A stretch of DNA of 64,000 bases, taken from contig NZ_CP186926.1 in NCBI RefSeq assembly GCF_049554935.1, forward strand, positions 96,001 to 160,000. The letters are read 5' to 3'. Position numbers and translations under genes: made by a program. This stretch comes from Methanocaldococcus indicus (GTDB taxonomy: Archaea; AGJL01; Methanococci; Methanococcales; Methanocaldococcaceae). Shown in pieces: positions 10,385-20,100 of this stretch. The notes below the pieces were generated by a model, which saw only the letters and a list, made by a program, of their open reading frames with translations, did not search any database and was not told the DNA's origin. Numbering within the stretch: position 1 is the stretch's first letter; each line of letters starts with the position of its first letter.

Positions 10385-11086
10385 GACACTGTCAAGTTAA
10401 CGACTTCAACCAATTGTAGAACATCATGAAACTTTTAATCCAGCTAACAACTGTATCGAATTTGCTGTTATTAGGAAACCTATTATAAAATGCTTTAGTT
10501 CTTCGTTTGAGTAGTGAGAAAAAGCTTTCTACACAATTTCTCAGTCCGAATCGGACTCTTTCAAATTCTAAACCCAATCTTTGCAATGCCCACGGATACC
10601 ATCTTCCACCATCGACCAAAATCTTCGGCTTATTAGAGCAAAATTTTAATATGCTCTTAACGAATAATATAGTATCGAGGTAGTTTCTTGTTTCAGAAAT
10701 ATAAACTCCCAAGCACTCTTTCGATTCAACATCAATAGCAGACCATACGTAAATAACTTCATTTCCAATCTTTAGTTTGGTCTCATCGATTGCAATTGCG
10801 TATCTTTCCTTTCTTTCAGGTTCGTTTAAAACATCTTTAATCTTGTGATAATAAGTCCTAACCGACTCATGGCTTATACTTTCGAATTGGGAACGAAACA
10901 AACTTACCTTCCTCAACGATAGTCCAAGATAATACAAAATCCCAGCTAAGATTTTAACTTCTATCGACTTCTTATTCCTTTTAAAAATCTTCTCCTCTTC
11001 GATTCTCTCCTTTAAGACTTCTATCGTGAGCTTCATATTTTATTATTTTTTATCAATTATTAATAAAAGCTTAACTTGACACTCTC
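10385..11086 (-). mobile_element. IS6-family insertion sequence, 702 bp, with 16-bp imperfect terminal IRs and a 7-bp flanking direct repeat
   Basis: Left end GACACTGTCAAGTTAA (10385-10400) vs reverse complement of right end GAGAGTGTCAAGTTAA (11071-11086), 14/16 match. ACTCTAT at 10378-10384 and 11087-11093. Confidence 0.92.
10392..11036 (-). CDS. IS6-family DDE transposase
   Basis: IAIDETK…WSAID…LVDGGRWY…NCVESFF DDE signature; intact 214-aa ORF whose stop lies inside the IR. Confidence 0.92.
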   Translation of the reverse strand: MKLTIEVLKERIEEEKIFKRNKKSIEVKILAGILYYLGLSLRKVSLFRSQFESISHESVRTYYHKIKDVLNEPERKERYAIAIDETKLKIGNEVIYVWSAIDVESKECLGVYISETRNYLDTILFVKSILKFCSNKPKILVDGGRWYPWALQRLGLEFERVRFGLRNCVESFFSLLKRRTKAFYNRFPNNSKFDTVVSWIKSFMMFYNWLKSLT

Positions 11087-11276
11087 ACTCTATCAAGATA
11101 AAATTTTTATTATCAAATTTTTAATTAAATTATTTTTGCTTTTGAATTTTTTAAGGAGTTATTATGATACTATGTATGTAATAAAGTAAAAAGAAAAAGC
11201 TAAGCTATATATAAATTTAATAAACTAAAACTAATAATTTTAAATAACCAACAATAAATAATAAAAAATAATAAAA

Positions 11277-12107
11277 GTGGTGGTAATGATAGATATTGTT
11301 AGCTTAATGTGGTGGCTGTTTTTCTTCTATTTAATTATGGCTCCCCATATTCAATATAGACAATTACAATTAGCAAGATTAAAACTATTAAAAGAAATTT
11401 CAGAGAAAAGAAATTCAACAGTAATTACACTAATCCATAGACAGGAAAGTATTGGATTGTTTGGAGTACCTATTTACAAATTTATAACAATTGAAGATAG
11501 TGAAGAAATTTTAAGAGCAATTAGAGAAGCTCCAAAAGATAAGCCAATTGATTTAATTATCCATACTCCTGGAGGTTTAGTTTTAGCTGCTACTCAAATA
11601 GCAAGGGCATTAAAGAATCATCCTGCTGAGACAAGGGTTATAGTTCCACATTATGCAATGAGTGGGGGAACTTTAATATCTCTTGCAGCAGATAAAATTA
11701 TATTGGATGAAAATGCAGTTCTTGGGCCAGTTGACCCTCAACTTGGACAGTATCCAGCTCCTTCAATAGTTAAGGCAGTTGAAGAAAAAGGGAAAGATAA
11801 GGTAGATGACCAAACTTTAATTTTAGCTGATGTTGGTAAAAAAGCTATAAGACAAGTTCAAAATTTTGTTTATTATCTATTAAAAGATAAATTAGGAGAA
11901 GAAAAAGCAAAAGAGTTAGCAAGAATTTTAACAGAAGGAAGATGGACTCATGACTATCCTATAACTTATGATGAAGCAAAAAGCTTAGGTCTTCCTGTAT
12001 CTACTGATGTTCCAGAAGAGGTTTATAGATTAATGGAGTTATATAAACAACCTATTGTAAAAAGAGGAACAGTTGAATATATGCCTTATACAAATGCAAA
12101 AGAGTAA
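11277..12107 (+). CDS. ClpP-class serine protease (SDH_sah family), membrane-anchored
   Basis: HTPGG, AMSGGT, LGPVDPQ, WTHDYP motifs. Confidence 0.85.
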   Translation: MVVMIDIVSLMWWLFFFYLIMAPHIQYRQLQLARLKLLKEISEKRNSTVITLIHRQESIGLFGVPIYKFITIEDSEEILRAIREAPKDKPIDLIIHTPGGLVLAATQIARALKNHPAETRVIVPHYAMSGGTLISLAADKIILDENAVLGPVDPQLGQYPAPSIVKAVEEKGKDKVDDQTLILADVGKKAIRQVQNFVYYLLKDKLGEEKAKELARILTEGRWTHDYPITYDEAKSLGLPVSTDVPEEVYRLMELYKQPIVKRGTVEYMPYTNAKE

Positions 12108-12510
12108 AATAATGATTTTTATGGATATAGCTTCATTTATTTATAATTTTTGTAAAGAGAACAAAATAAAAAATATATGTGAGTTAGGAATTGGTTACTA
12201 TTTTGATGTGGCTTTATTCCTTAATAAAGAATTTAATCTTTTAGTAGTAGATAGAAATGAAGATTGTATAAAAAAAGCTTTATCTCATGGATTGAATGGG
12301 AAGATAGATGATATATTTTCTCCAAATTTAAATATATATGAAGATGTTGAATTATTTTATTCTATTAGAATGCCTTATGACTTGCAAATATATGCATTGG
12401 AATTGGCAAAAAAGTTAAGTGTCCCATTTATTTTAAAGCCATTATCCAATGAAGCACCACATAAAAGTTTTAAATTAATAAAAAATAATATTTACTTATT
12501 TATGCCTTAA
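12073..12510 (+). CDS. UPF0146 family protein (start probably nearer 12112-12121)
   Basis: ELGIG, DDIFSP, YSIR motifs. Confidence 0.75.
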   Translation: MNICLIQMQKSKIMIFMDIASFIYNFCKENKIKNICELGIGYYFDVALFLNKEFNLLVVDRNEDCIKKALSHGLNGKIDDIFSPNLNIYEDVELFYSIRMPYDLQIYALELAKKLSVPFILKPLSNEAPHKSFKLIKNNIYLFMP

Positions 12511-12655
12511 TTCTTTGTCTTCTCCAATGTCTCATTTTTGGATTTGCTCTTACTCTACCTCTTGTTTTAACCATAACAAATAAAGGGACTCTTCTATTTT
12601 GTCTTTTAGCTTTTGCTAATCTTATTTTTTTACCAAATGGTTTTATACTTCCCAT
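12500..12655 (-). CDS. rpl39e: 50S ribosomal protein L39e (51 aa; absent from the ORF track)
   Basis: Manual translation [51 protein letters not shown]; canonical position in the rps19e operon. Confidence 0.95.
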   Translation of the reverse strand: MGSIKPFGKKIRLAKAKRQNRRVPLFVMVKTRGRVRANPKMRHWRRQRIKA

Positions 12656-13239
12656 TTTTTCACCCCTATTATCCTTGTTTGTTTATGCTCTGGGAAATAT
12701 TTTTCTGGTTTTTCTCCTCTTTCTTTTAATATAGCTCTAATCTCAGCTTCATAATCAGAAGTAATTTTAGTTCCACTTTTAATCTCTTCAATTATAAAAA
12801 GCTTATTTGTTAAATCTCTTAAAGTTTTATATCCAAAGCCCAATAAAGGAGATATATATTGAACATTTTTCCTCATTTCTAAACTTTGAATTTCTGAATA
12901 AGAAAGTTTAGGAACTTTATCATCTCTTCTAATACCATCAGCTAAAATCTTATATTTATTTGATAATATCTCTAAAACTTGTTTATGAATATAATTAATC
13001 CCATCTCTTGGAAATCCTTTTTCAACAATTAAATCAACGGCTTTCTCCAAGATTTCTTTATCTAATTTTTCAACTTTAAAATCAAACCCTAATATTTTAG
13101 CTGTTTCTTCAGCTAATTTATAACTATCTAAAACACCAAAATTAACATTTATTAAAATTGGAGTATAACCAAGATTTTTTAATATTAAGGAAGAGAGGGA
13201 ACTATCTTTTCCCCCACTAAATAATACATATACTTTCAT
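12643..13239 (-). CDS. PP-loop/HUP superfamily protein of the rps19e operon (COG2117-like)
   Basis: [25 protein letters not shown] motifs. Confidence 0.8.
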   Translation of the reverse strand: MKVYVLFSGGKDSSLSSLILKNLGYTPILINVNFGVLDSYKLAEETAKILGFDFKVEKLDKEILEKAVDLIVEKGFPRDGINYIHKQVLEILSNKYKILADGIRRDDKVPKLSYSEIQSLEMRKNVQYISPLLGFGYKTLRDLTNKLFIIEEIKSGTKITSDYEAEIRAILKERGEKPEKYFPEHKQTRIIGVKKWEV

Positions 13240-13243
13240 AAAC

Positions 13244-13585
13244 TCACTTTCTTATTATTCTTGGCTCTCTCTTTTTTTTCATTGTAGATATTTGCTCCAA
13301 TAAAGCTTTAAACTTTTTGTCATCTAATGGAATAGGTATTCTTCCTAACTGAGCTAATTGAATAAGTTGAACTTCAATAGCTTCAGCAAAATCTGGACGA
13401 GCCAATCTAATTCTTTCTAATCTTTCTCTTGCATCTGCTGTTAATATCTTTTTTAATAATGCTCTTTTTTGTAGTTCAGCCTGTAATAATGCTTGTTCAT
13501 CTACTTGTTGCTGTTCTTGTTCTAATTTTTGTTGTAGAGCTAACAACTTTCTTCTTTTAATTTCTTCTGGGTCCATATTAACCAC
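13244..13585 (-). CDS. PDCD5-like DNA-binding protein
   Basis: ILTADARERLERIRLARPDFAEAIEVQLIQLAQ; conserved position after rps19e. Confidence 0.9.
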   Translation of the reverse strand: MVNMDPEEIKRRKLLALQQKLEQEQQQVDEQALLQAELQKRALLKKILTADARERLERIRLARPDFAEAIEVQLIQLAQLGRIPIPLDDKKFKALLEQISTMKKKREPRIIRK

Positions 13586-14047
13586 TTAATATTTAGCAAG
13601 CTCAGGAATCTCATTTATTATTTCATCTCTAACTTCTTTTGCTATATTGTCTAAAAAGCTTTGACCTTTTGGAGTAATAACTCTACCTTTTGGTGTTCTT
13701 TTAACAAATCCTAATTTTTCTAATTCTTGTAGAGCAGTTCTTATTATATTTCCACTACCTTTAAAGAACTTCTCTGGTTCATGACCTCTGTTTTTTCTTC
13801 CACCATAGGCAGTTCTTAATCTCTCTACACCAACAGGACCATTAATGTAGATTTTTCTTAATATAGAGGCACATCTTATATACCACCAATCATCTTGTTC
13901 TGGTCTTCTTTCTCTACTTCTTCCTGTCTTAACAAATTTTGTCCATTCTGGCTCATAAATCCCTAATTCCTTTAACTTCTCAGCTGTTTTTTGAATTAAC
14001 TTTTCTGGTGGAACATCATAAACTGTAACCATACTATTATCACCCAT
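13586..14047 (-). CDS. rps19e: 30S ribosomal protein S19e (start likely 14032)
   Basis: [32 protein letters not shown] motifs. Confidence 0.96.
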   Translation of the reverse strand: MGDNSMVTVYDVPPEKLIQKTAEKLKELGIYEPEWTKFVKTGRSRERRPEQDDWWYIRCASILRKIYINGPVGVERLRTAYGGRKNRGHEPEKFFKGSGNIIRTALQELEKLGFVKRTPKGRVITPKGQSFLDNIAKEVRDEIINEIPELAKY

Positions 14048-14223
14048 GTTAAACAGTTTTGTTTTAATTCTATTTGTTAATTTTGTTAATTTAAAAATAG
14101 TTAAAGAGAGACTATAAATATCTAAGTTATTCTTAGCTTAATAATTGGACATCTCATATATATAACTTATGTTAATTTAAATTTTGACGTACTCTAAAGT
14201 TAGATAATTTTGGTGAAAATTAT

Positions 14224-14886
14224 ATGAAAAAAGAAATAAAAAGAAAAAGAAAAGGAATTATAGAAATCACCTATGAAGAAGAAAGGGAGATTTTAAAATT
14301 GCCTCAAAAACCCGAATTACCAAAGTATTCTTCTCAGCTTATAAATCTTGCAAATTTATTTGCACAGGGAACTCGTCCAAAAGTTGTTGGTCAGATGAGT
14401 GAGTTGATTAAAGAATTTAGAAAAAGTGGTGGTAGAAGTTATGAAGATTGGAAAAAGTGGTATTTACAAAAATACCCTAATGCGATTGATGAAGCTACAC
14501 AGAAGATATGGGATATGCTTAATAATTTTAAAGAAACCCTAGAACAGTTGGAAAGAGATGATGTAAGAAAGTGGGTTGAGGATTTGGTTCTTACAAAAAC
14601 CTATGAAGGTCTTATGTTGCAGGATGCTATTTTGAAAAAAATTGCAGAAGAGTTTGGTGGAAATTATCGCCCCGCCACTGTAGAAGAAGAATCTAAGGGT
14701 ATTGACGGGATAATTATTATTGATGATAAAGAAATTCCCGTTTCAATTAAATCTAAAACTTACGTCAATCAGGAAAAACATCTTCCTGAAGAACTTAAAG
14801 GGAATTTAATTATTTATGAAAAGAAGAAAAATAAAATTATTGTTGATTACTCTGATTTATTGGATTTGATTGAAAATACAAAATAA
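14224..14886 (+). CDS. Type II restriction endonuclease, MjaI family
   Basis: AQGTRPKVVGQMSELI motif and EESKGIDG…PVSIK PD-(D/E)xK-like core; convergent with a methylase. Confidence 0.82.
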   Translation: MKKEIKRKRKGIIEITYEEEREILKLPQKPELPKYSSQLINLANLFAQGTRPKVVGQMSELIKEFRKSGGRSYEDWKKWYLQKYPNAIDEATQKIWDMLNNFKETLEQLERDDVRKWVEDLVLTKTYEGLMLQDAILKKIAEEFGGNYRPATVEEESKGIDGIIIIDDKEIPVSIKSKTYVNQEKHLPEELKGNLIIYEKKKNKIIVDYSDLLDLIENTK

Positions 14887-14944
14887 TTATTATTATAGAA
14901 CTTTCGCAGTTTATATATTTGCCTATAAAAATTTTATTCTGCTA

Positions 14945-15853
14945 TCAATCACGATTGATAAATTCTACATTGAAGTCCATTCCAATTCTTTTTTGATTAA
15001 TTCCAATTTTTTCTTCAATTATTGGCTTTAGGGATTTATCAATCTCATATCCAATAGAGTTTCTTTTTAATTCAATTGCCGCTTTTACTGTTGTTCCAGT
15101 CCCTAAAAATGGGTCTAAAACAGTATCTCCAATAATAGAAAACATTCTAATTAATCTCCTAGAGATTTCTTCTGGAAATGATGCAGTTCTTCTATTAAGC
15201 TTATTATGTGTTTGCCTATCTCCAACAATCTCCCAAATTTGAGAAAACCACTTATCTCTTTCTTCTTTAGTATATTTGCTTGCATATCTTAATGGATCTC
15301 TTGGTTTAAACTTTCTTGGTTTTCCTTTCCTAAATATTAATATATACTCGACATCTAATGTAACATAAGCATTTGGTGGAAGAAATCCAGAGCCTAAAAA
15401 AGCATTAGGTTTGTTAGACGGCTTTTTCCATAATATGTATGGGAGAGTAACGAATCCAATCTTTTCAAATTTTTCAATAATCTTAGAATGATTGGGAAAT
15501 AATCTAAAAACTCCATTAATTTTTCTTGTAGCATCTCCTATGTTGATACATGCAATTCCTCCAGGAACTAAAACTCTATAAATCTCCTCCCAAACTGGAT
15601 ATAATGTTTGATGCATTAAATTATATATTTCCATGATTAATTTTTCTTTTTTCTCTTCATTTTCTTCATTTTCCATTTTTGTCCAAAGCTCGTTTATTTT
15701 TGGATTTAAAATTTTAAACAAATTATCCCACATTCCTATCATCGGGTATGGTGGAGAGGTAACAACCAAATGAACACTTTCGTCATCAATTTCAGCCATT
15801 TTTCTTGAATCTCCAAAAATTATTTTGTGATTAGTTTTTATATCAATATTCAT
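14945..15853 (-). CDS. Beta-class N4-cytosine/N6-adenine DNA methyltransferase (M.MjaI-like)
   Basis: TSPPY catalytic motif N-terminal, VLDPFLGTGTT SAM motif C-terminal. Confidence 0.92.
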   Translation of the reverse strand: MNIDIKTNHKIIFGDSRKMAEIDDESVHLVVTSPPYPMIGMWDNLFKILNPKINELWTKMENEENEEKKEKLIMEIYNLMHQTLYPVWEEIYRVLVPGGIACINIGDATRKINGVFRLFPNHSKIIEKFEKIGFVTLPYILWKKPSNKPNAFLGSGFLPPNAYVTLDVEYILIFRKGKPRKFKPRDPLRYASKYTKEERDKWFSQIWEIVGDRQTHNKLNRRTASFPEEISRRLIRMFSIIGDTVLDPFLGTGTTVKAAIELKRNSIGYEIDKSLKPIIEEKIGINQKRIGMDFNVEFINRD

Positions 15854-16047
15854 TATTTATCCCCCATTTCTTTCTTTATGGTAGTTGATATAATTGATTT
15901 TTCACATAGCCAAGATAAAACAATAGTCCTTACAATTTCAGCATCTGTTTGTCCTAAAATTCCTCTAAAATTTTCAATTAACTCCCATTGGTTCTTAGTA
16001 AATGTAACTTGAACTCTTTTTATATTATCTTTTTCTTTTTGTGTCAT
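15853..16047 (-). CDS. Small ribbon-helix-helix (CopG-like) protein, putative R-M regulator
   Basis: KRVQVTFT strand then two helices with a G-x-T turn; SD AGGTGA; TAATG overlap with the methylase start. Confidence 0.7.
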   Translation of the reverse strand: MTQKEKDNIKRVQVTFTKNQWELIENFRGILGQTDAEIVRTIVLSWLCEKSIISTTIKKEMGDK

Positions 16048-16193
16048 AACTTACTCACCTAAAATACATATATGATACAAATTATATATACTATAAGTTA
16101 TTATAAGGTTTATTGCGTGATAAAATTTTAAACAAAAATTTACATCCAAGTTTTAATCATATTCTTATATTATTTCAATAAAATTGTACTATC

Positions 16194-17186
16194 TTGGGAT
16201 GCAATATGGAACTTTTAGAATTCTTAAAGAGGGATGAGATTTTATTTTTATGCCATCATAATGCAGACCCTGATGCAGTAGGTAGTTGTATAGCCTTAAA
16301 GTATTTAGCTAAATATCTAAATCCAAAATCTAATGTTAGAGTAGTTGCTGACTCAATAAATAAAGTATCAAAAAACATACTTAGAGAGATTAGTGATAAT
16401 ATTGATATTGAGGTATATCCAAAACTACCAAGTACTGTTTTTGTTGTTGATACAGCATCAACTTCTCAATTAAAGGTTAATGTGGATGAGCTAAAAAAAA
16501 GAGATGTTGTTTTAATTGACCACCATAAACCATCTGATTTGTATGATATAGCTAAGTTAAAGATTGTTGATGAAAACTCACCATCCACTTCTGAAATAGT
16601 TGCTAAAATCTTCAAAGATTTGAATATATATCCTCCTAAGAATGTAAGGTTAGCATTATTATGTGGGATAGTTTATGATACAAAACATCTAAAATTAGCT
16701 AAACCAGAGACATTCAGTATAATAAGTTATTTAGTAAAAGATATCAGTTTTAATAAAGTTATTTATCTCTTAACGAATGAAGGAGATGAAGGTAAAAAAA
16801 TAGCTAATTTAAAAGCTTGTAAAAGAATGATTTTAAAAGAGTATAAAGATATAGTTATAGCTCTCTCACATGTGTCAAGTTATGAAGCATCAGCAGCAAA
16901 AACTTTGGTTAGTATTGGAGCTGATGTTGCTTTTGTTGTTGCTGTAAGAAAAAAAGAAAAAGAGATAAGGGTTAGTGCAAGATGTCGAAAATCAATATCC
17001 AAAAAGGTGCATTTAGGAAGATTAATGGAAAAGATAGCCAAAGAACTAAATGGTTCAGGTAGTGGGCATAGTGAAGCTGCTGGTTTAAATGCACCTCTAC
17101 CAGAAGGAAAAGATAAAAATAAGATTATTAAGGAAGTATTAAACCTATGTTATAAAAAATTCATTGAGGAGTTAGAGAATGGATAA
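16194..17186 (+). CDS. DHH/DHHA1 family phosphoesterase (start likely 16206)
   Basis: [24 protein letters not shown] motifs. Confidence 0.88.
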   Translation: MGCNMELLEFLKRDEILFLCHHNADPDAVGSCIALKYLAKYLNPKSNVRVVADSINKVSKNILREISDNIDIEVYPKLPSTVFVVDTASTSQLKVNVDELKKRDVVLIDHHKPSDLYDIAKLKIVDENSPSTSEIVAKIFKDLNIYPPKNVRLALLCGIVYDTKHLKLAKPETFSIISYLVKDISFNKVIYLLTNEGDEGKKIANLKACKRMILKEYKDIVIALSHVSSYEASAAKTLVSIGADVAFVVAVRKKEKEIRVSARCRKSISKKVHLGRLMEKIAKELNGSGSGHSEAAGLNAPLPEGKDKNKIIKEVLNLCYKKFIEELENG

Positions 17187-17994
17187 TTTTGAAAAATTAG
17201 TTAAGAAAAGTATTGATAAATTCAAAATGCTAAATAAGGATGAAAAAATTTTAGTTTCAGTATCTGGGGGAAAAGATAGCCATGCAGCTGCTTATGTATT
17301 GAATAAGTTAGGATACAATATTGAGCTTTTTCACATAAATTTAGGAATAAAAAACTTCTCAGATATTTCCTTAGAAAAGGTTAAAGAACTCTCAAATATT
17401 TTAGAGGTTCCTCTTCATATAGTTAATTTAAAAGATATAACTGGTAAGACAATAGAAGATTTAAAAAGAAAGCACTGCTCTATTTGTGGAATAACTAAAA
17501 GATATCTAATGAACAAATTTGGATATGAGAATAATTTTGATGTTATAGTTACTGGGCATAACTTAGATGATGAAGTCTCTTTCTTATTGAATAATCTACT
17601 AAATTGGAGTGTAAGATATTTAGCTAAACATTTTCCAGTCCTTCCAGCACATGATAAATTCTTAAAAAAAGTTAAGATATTCTATGAGATTGAAGAGGAT
17701 TTAATTTTAAAATATGCAGTTAAGAATAACATTCCTTTTACAACTGCTAAATGTAAATTTGCTAAGGATGCCATAACTTTAAAGCATAGAGCTTATTTAA
17801 ATGAGCTTGAAAAGGAGAGAAAGAATATAAAGAAACAGTTTCTATATGGCTATTTAAAATATAGACATTTATTTGATATTGAGGAAGATTTTCAGTTTAG
17901 AGAGTGTGAAATATGTGGAATGACATCAGCAGGAAAAATCTGTTCTTTTTGTAGAGTTTGGAAATTATATAAAAAATCAAAATATAAGAATTAA
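17179..17994 (+). CDS. TtuA/TtcA-family tRNA thiolation PP-loop protein
   Basis: SGGKDS, CSIC, TGHNLDD, C-terminal CEIC…CSFC. Confidence 0.82.
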   Translation: MDNFEKLVKKSIDKFKMLNKDEKILVSVSGGKDSHAAAYVLNKLGYNIELFHINLGIKNFSDISLEKVKELSNILEVPLHIVNLKDITGKTIEDLKRKHCSICGITKRYLMNKFGYENNFDVIVTGHNLDDEVSFLLNNLLNWSVRYLAKHFPVLPAHDKFLKKVKIFYEIEEDLILKYAVKNNIPFTTAKCKFAKDAITLKHRAYLNELEKERKNIKKQFLYGYLKYRHLFDIEEDFQFRECEICGMTSAGKICSFCRVWKLYKKSKYKN

Positions 17995-18004
17995 TAAACA
18001 ATAA

Positions 18005-18013
18005 ATTATATAA
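18005..18013 (+). promoter_or_regulatory. Putative TATA box driving the structured rps6e leader
   Basis: ATTATATAA with A-rich upstream flank, about 30 nt before the GC-richer segment. Confidence 0.45.
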
Positions 18014-18043
18014 ACTATATCTTTATATTCTTAGGTTGTGCTA

Positions 18044-18158
18044 TTGTCCTGAGCTTAAAAGCTTGGGACTGGTTGATGAGCTAAATGGAGCTAATCTATC
18101 CCTTGCCCCTTTGGGGATGGATTAGCTATGAAGTTTAGTGAAACTGAAAAGGGAGACA
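18044..18158 (+). ncRNA. Putative structured RNA (5' leader of rps6e or independent sRNA)
   Basis: GC-richer island in an AT-rich spacer; 10-bp hairpin 18046-18069; 14-bp stem 18089-18102/18114-18127; TGATGA at 18074-18079 and CTGA at 18144-18147. Confidence 0.7.
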
Positions 18159-18190
18159 AAAAATAAAAAAATCTATTTTTGGTGATTTAA

Positions 18191-18586
18191 ATGCCAACAG
18201 CAAAATTTGTAGTAGCAGACCCAAAAACTGGAAGATGTTATCAAATAGAAGCAGATAATACTCCATTAGTAGGAAAAAGAATTGGAGAAGAATTTGATGG
18301 GAAAATATTAGGATTAGAAGGTTATAAGTTAGTTATAACTGGAGGAACTGATGACAGTGGATTTCCAATGAGACCAGATATCCATGGAAGTAGAAAAGTT
18401 AGAGTTTTATTAAGTGCTCCACCAGGATTCCATCCAAGAAGAAAAGGAGAAAGAAGAAGAAAAACAGTAAGAGGAAATACAATTGCTCCAGATATTGTTC
18501 AAATAAACTGTAAAGTTGTAGAATATGGAGAAAAATCAATTCCAGAATTGTTAGGTTTAGAAGAAAAAACTGAAAATAGTGAATAA
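18191..18586 (+). CDS. rps6e: 30S ribosomal protein S6e
   Basis: [23 protein letters not shown] motifs. Confidence 0.96.
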   Translation: MPTAKFVVADPKTGRCYQIEADNTPLVGKRIGEEFDGKILGLEGYKLVITGGTDDSGFPMRPDIHGSRKVRVLLSAPPGFHPRRKGERRRKTVRGNTIAPDIVQINCKVVEYGEKSIPELLGLEEKTENSE

Positions 18587-18588
18587 AC

Positions 18589-20100
18589 TTAAAATCTTGA
18601 TATTCTTTTTAATAACATCCCTTCAACCTTTATAGGATAAATAACCCTTGCTAACTTTGCTGCTGCTCTTAATCTTTCTTCTGAACTTGAATATATTGTA
18701 AAAAGTAAATCTCCTTTTTCTACTTTATTACCAACTTTTACATTTAGATAGATTCCTGCTTTTTTATCATTAGGACATCCTGCCTCTTTGGCTATCTTAG
18801 TAATTTTGTGGTTCGATATTCTTGTCACATATCCATCTATTGGAGAATGTATATCCACTTTATATTTACCTAATTCAATATCATCTGATTCTATCTCTTT
18901 TCCTCCCTGAGCAACAACTATCTCCAAAAACTTCTCATGAGCTTTACCACTTGCCAATATATCTTCTGCTAAATCTTTTCCTTCTCCATAGGGAGCTACT
19001 CCTCCCATCTCCAACAATATTCCTGCTAAACTTAAAGATTTCTCTATTAAACTTGAAGGAGCTTCTTTATAATTTTCTAAAGCTTTTAATGCTTCTCTTG
19101 CTTCCAATGCAGGACCTATAGCTCTTCCAATTGGTTGGTTTCCATAAGTTATAGCACATTCTAACTGTATATTTAACCTATCTCCTAAACTTATGAAATC
19201 TCTTGCTAATGCAGATGCTTCCTTAATATTCTTAACCTTTGCCTCATAACCAGTAGGAATGTCAATAACTAATTTATTTACACTCATAGCCAATTTTTTA
19301 GCTAAAACACTTGATAACAAAAGTGGTTTTGGGTCTATATTTAGAGGTCTTTCAACTTGAATAGTTATGTCATCTGCTGGAGCTAAATCAATAGCTCCTC
19401 CCCAAACTAAGCATCCATTTGTTTCACTAACAACTTTTTTTATTTCATCTGATGTTAAATCTACTCTTGTTAAAACTTCCATTACATCTGCTGTTCCTGC
19501 AGCTGAGGTTATAGCTCTTGATGATGTCTTAGGAATCTTTAAACCAGCTGATGCAACAATTGGAACAGTTAAAAGAGCATATTTATTTCCAGGAATGCCA
19601 CCAATAGAATGAACATCAAAAATAGTAGATTCCCAGTTAATTGTCTCTCCGGTTTCTGCCATTCTTATTGCTAAACTCTCTATCTCATCCATATCCATTC
19701 CATTGATATAGATAGATGTAACAAAAGCAGAAATTTCAATATATCCTAAATTTCCATTGACCATTTCATCAACAATTAAGTAAATTTCTTCTTTCTTTAA
19801 TTTATCTCCATTCATCTTTTTTCTAATGAATGGTAAGGACTTTGGTCTTTCAGCATGCTCTATATAAACTATATCTCCATTATTCACTTTTAATTCCTTA
19901 GCTAAGTTTTTTGGCAGTCCAACTTCTCCTTTATTGACTAATGTTCTTGTTGAGTATATAACTCCAAAAATCTCCCTATCTTGATGTTTTATAACAACTC
20001 TATCCTCCTGAAAATATTGAGAAGCTTTTAAATCATCTTCATGTAACAATATAAATCTTTCTAAATCAAAATCAAAAATTTTAACTCTTAGAGTTAGCAT
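18589..20100 (-). CDS. AMP phosphorylase (thymidine phosphorylase family)
   Basis: DVHSIGGIPGNK, PKTSSRAITSAAGTAD, IGPALEA motifs. Confidence 0.92.
   Translation of the reverse strand: MLTLRVKIFDFDLERFILLHEDDLKASQYFQEDRVVIKHQDREIFGVIYSTRTLVNKGEVGLPKNLAKELKVNNGDIVYIEHAERPKSLPFIRKKMNGDKLKKEEIYLIVDEMVNGNLGYIEISAFVTSIYINGMDMDEIESLAIRMAETGETINWESTIFDVHSIGGIPGNKYALLTVPIVASAGLKIPKTSSRAITSAAGTADVMEVLTRVDLTSDEIKKVVSETNGCLVWGGAIDLAPADDITIQVERPLNIDPKPLLLSSVLAKKLAMSVNKLVIDIPTGYEAKVKNIKEASALARDFISLGDRLNIQLECAITYGNQPIGRAIGPALEAREALKALENYKEAPSSLIEKSLSLAGILLEMGGVAPYGEGKDLAEDILASGKAHEKFLEIVVAQGGKEIESDDIELGKYKVDIHSPIDGYVTRISNHKITKIAKEAGCPNDKKAGIYLNVKVGNKVEKGDLLFTIYSSSEERLRAAAKLARVIYPIKVEGMLLKRISRF

Noticed and set aside
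6773-11086. Composite transposon carrying the ABC operon
   Set aside because: Only one IS copy, with its own target duplication; no second IR seen upstream of the operon.
11154-11181. SD-like AAGGAG followed by a micro-ORF (MILCM) beyond the IS
   Set aside because: Five codons with no supporting feature.
12500-12655. Apparent intergenic gap in the ORF track
   Set aside because: It is the ordinary rpl39e gene, below the track's length cut-off.
18073-18146. Hammerhead-like core: TGATGA-G…stem…T-GAAAC
   Set aside because: It has U rather than C before UGAUGA, and I could not build a stem III with a properly placed NUH cleavage site or an adjoining stem I.
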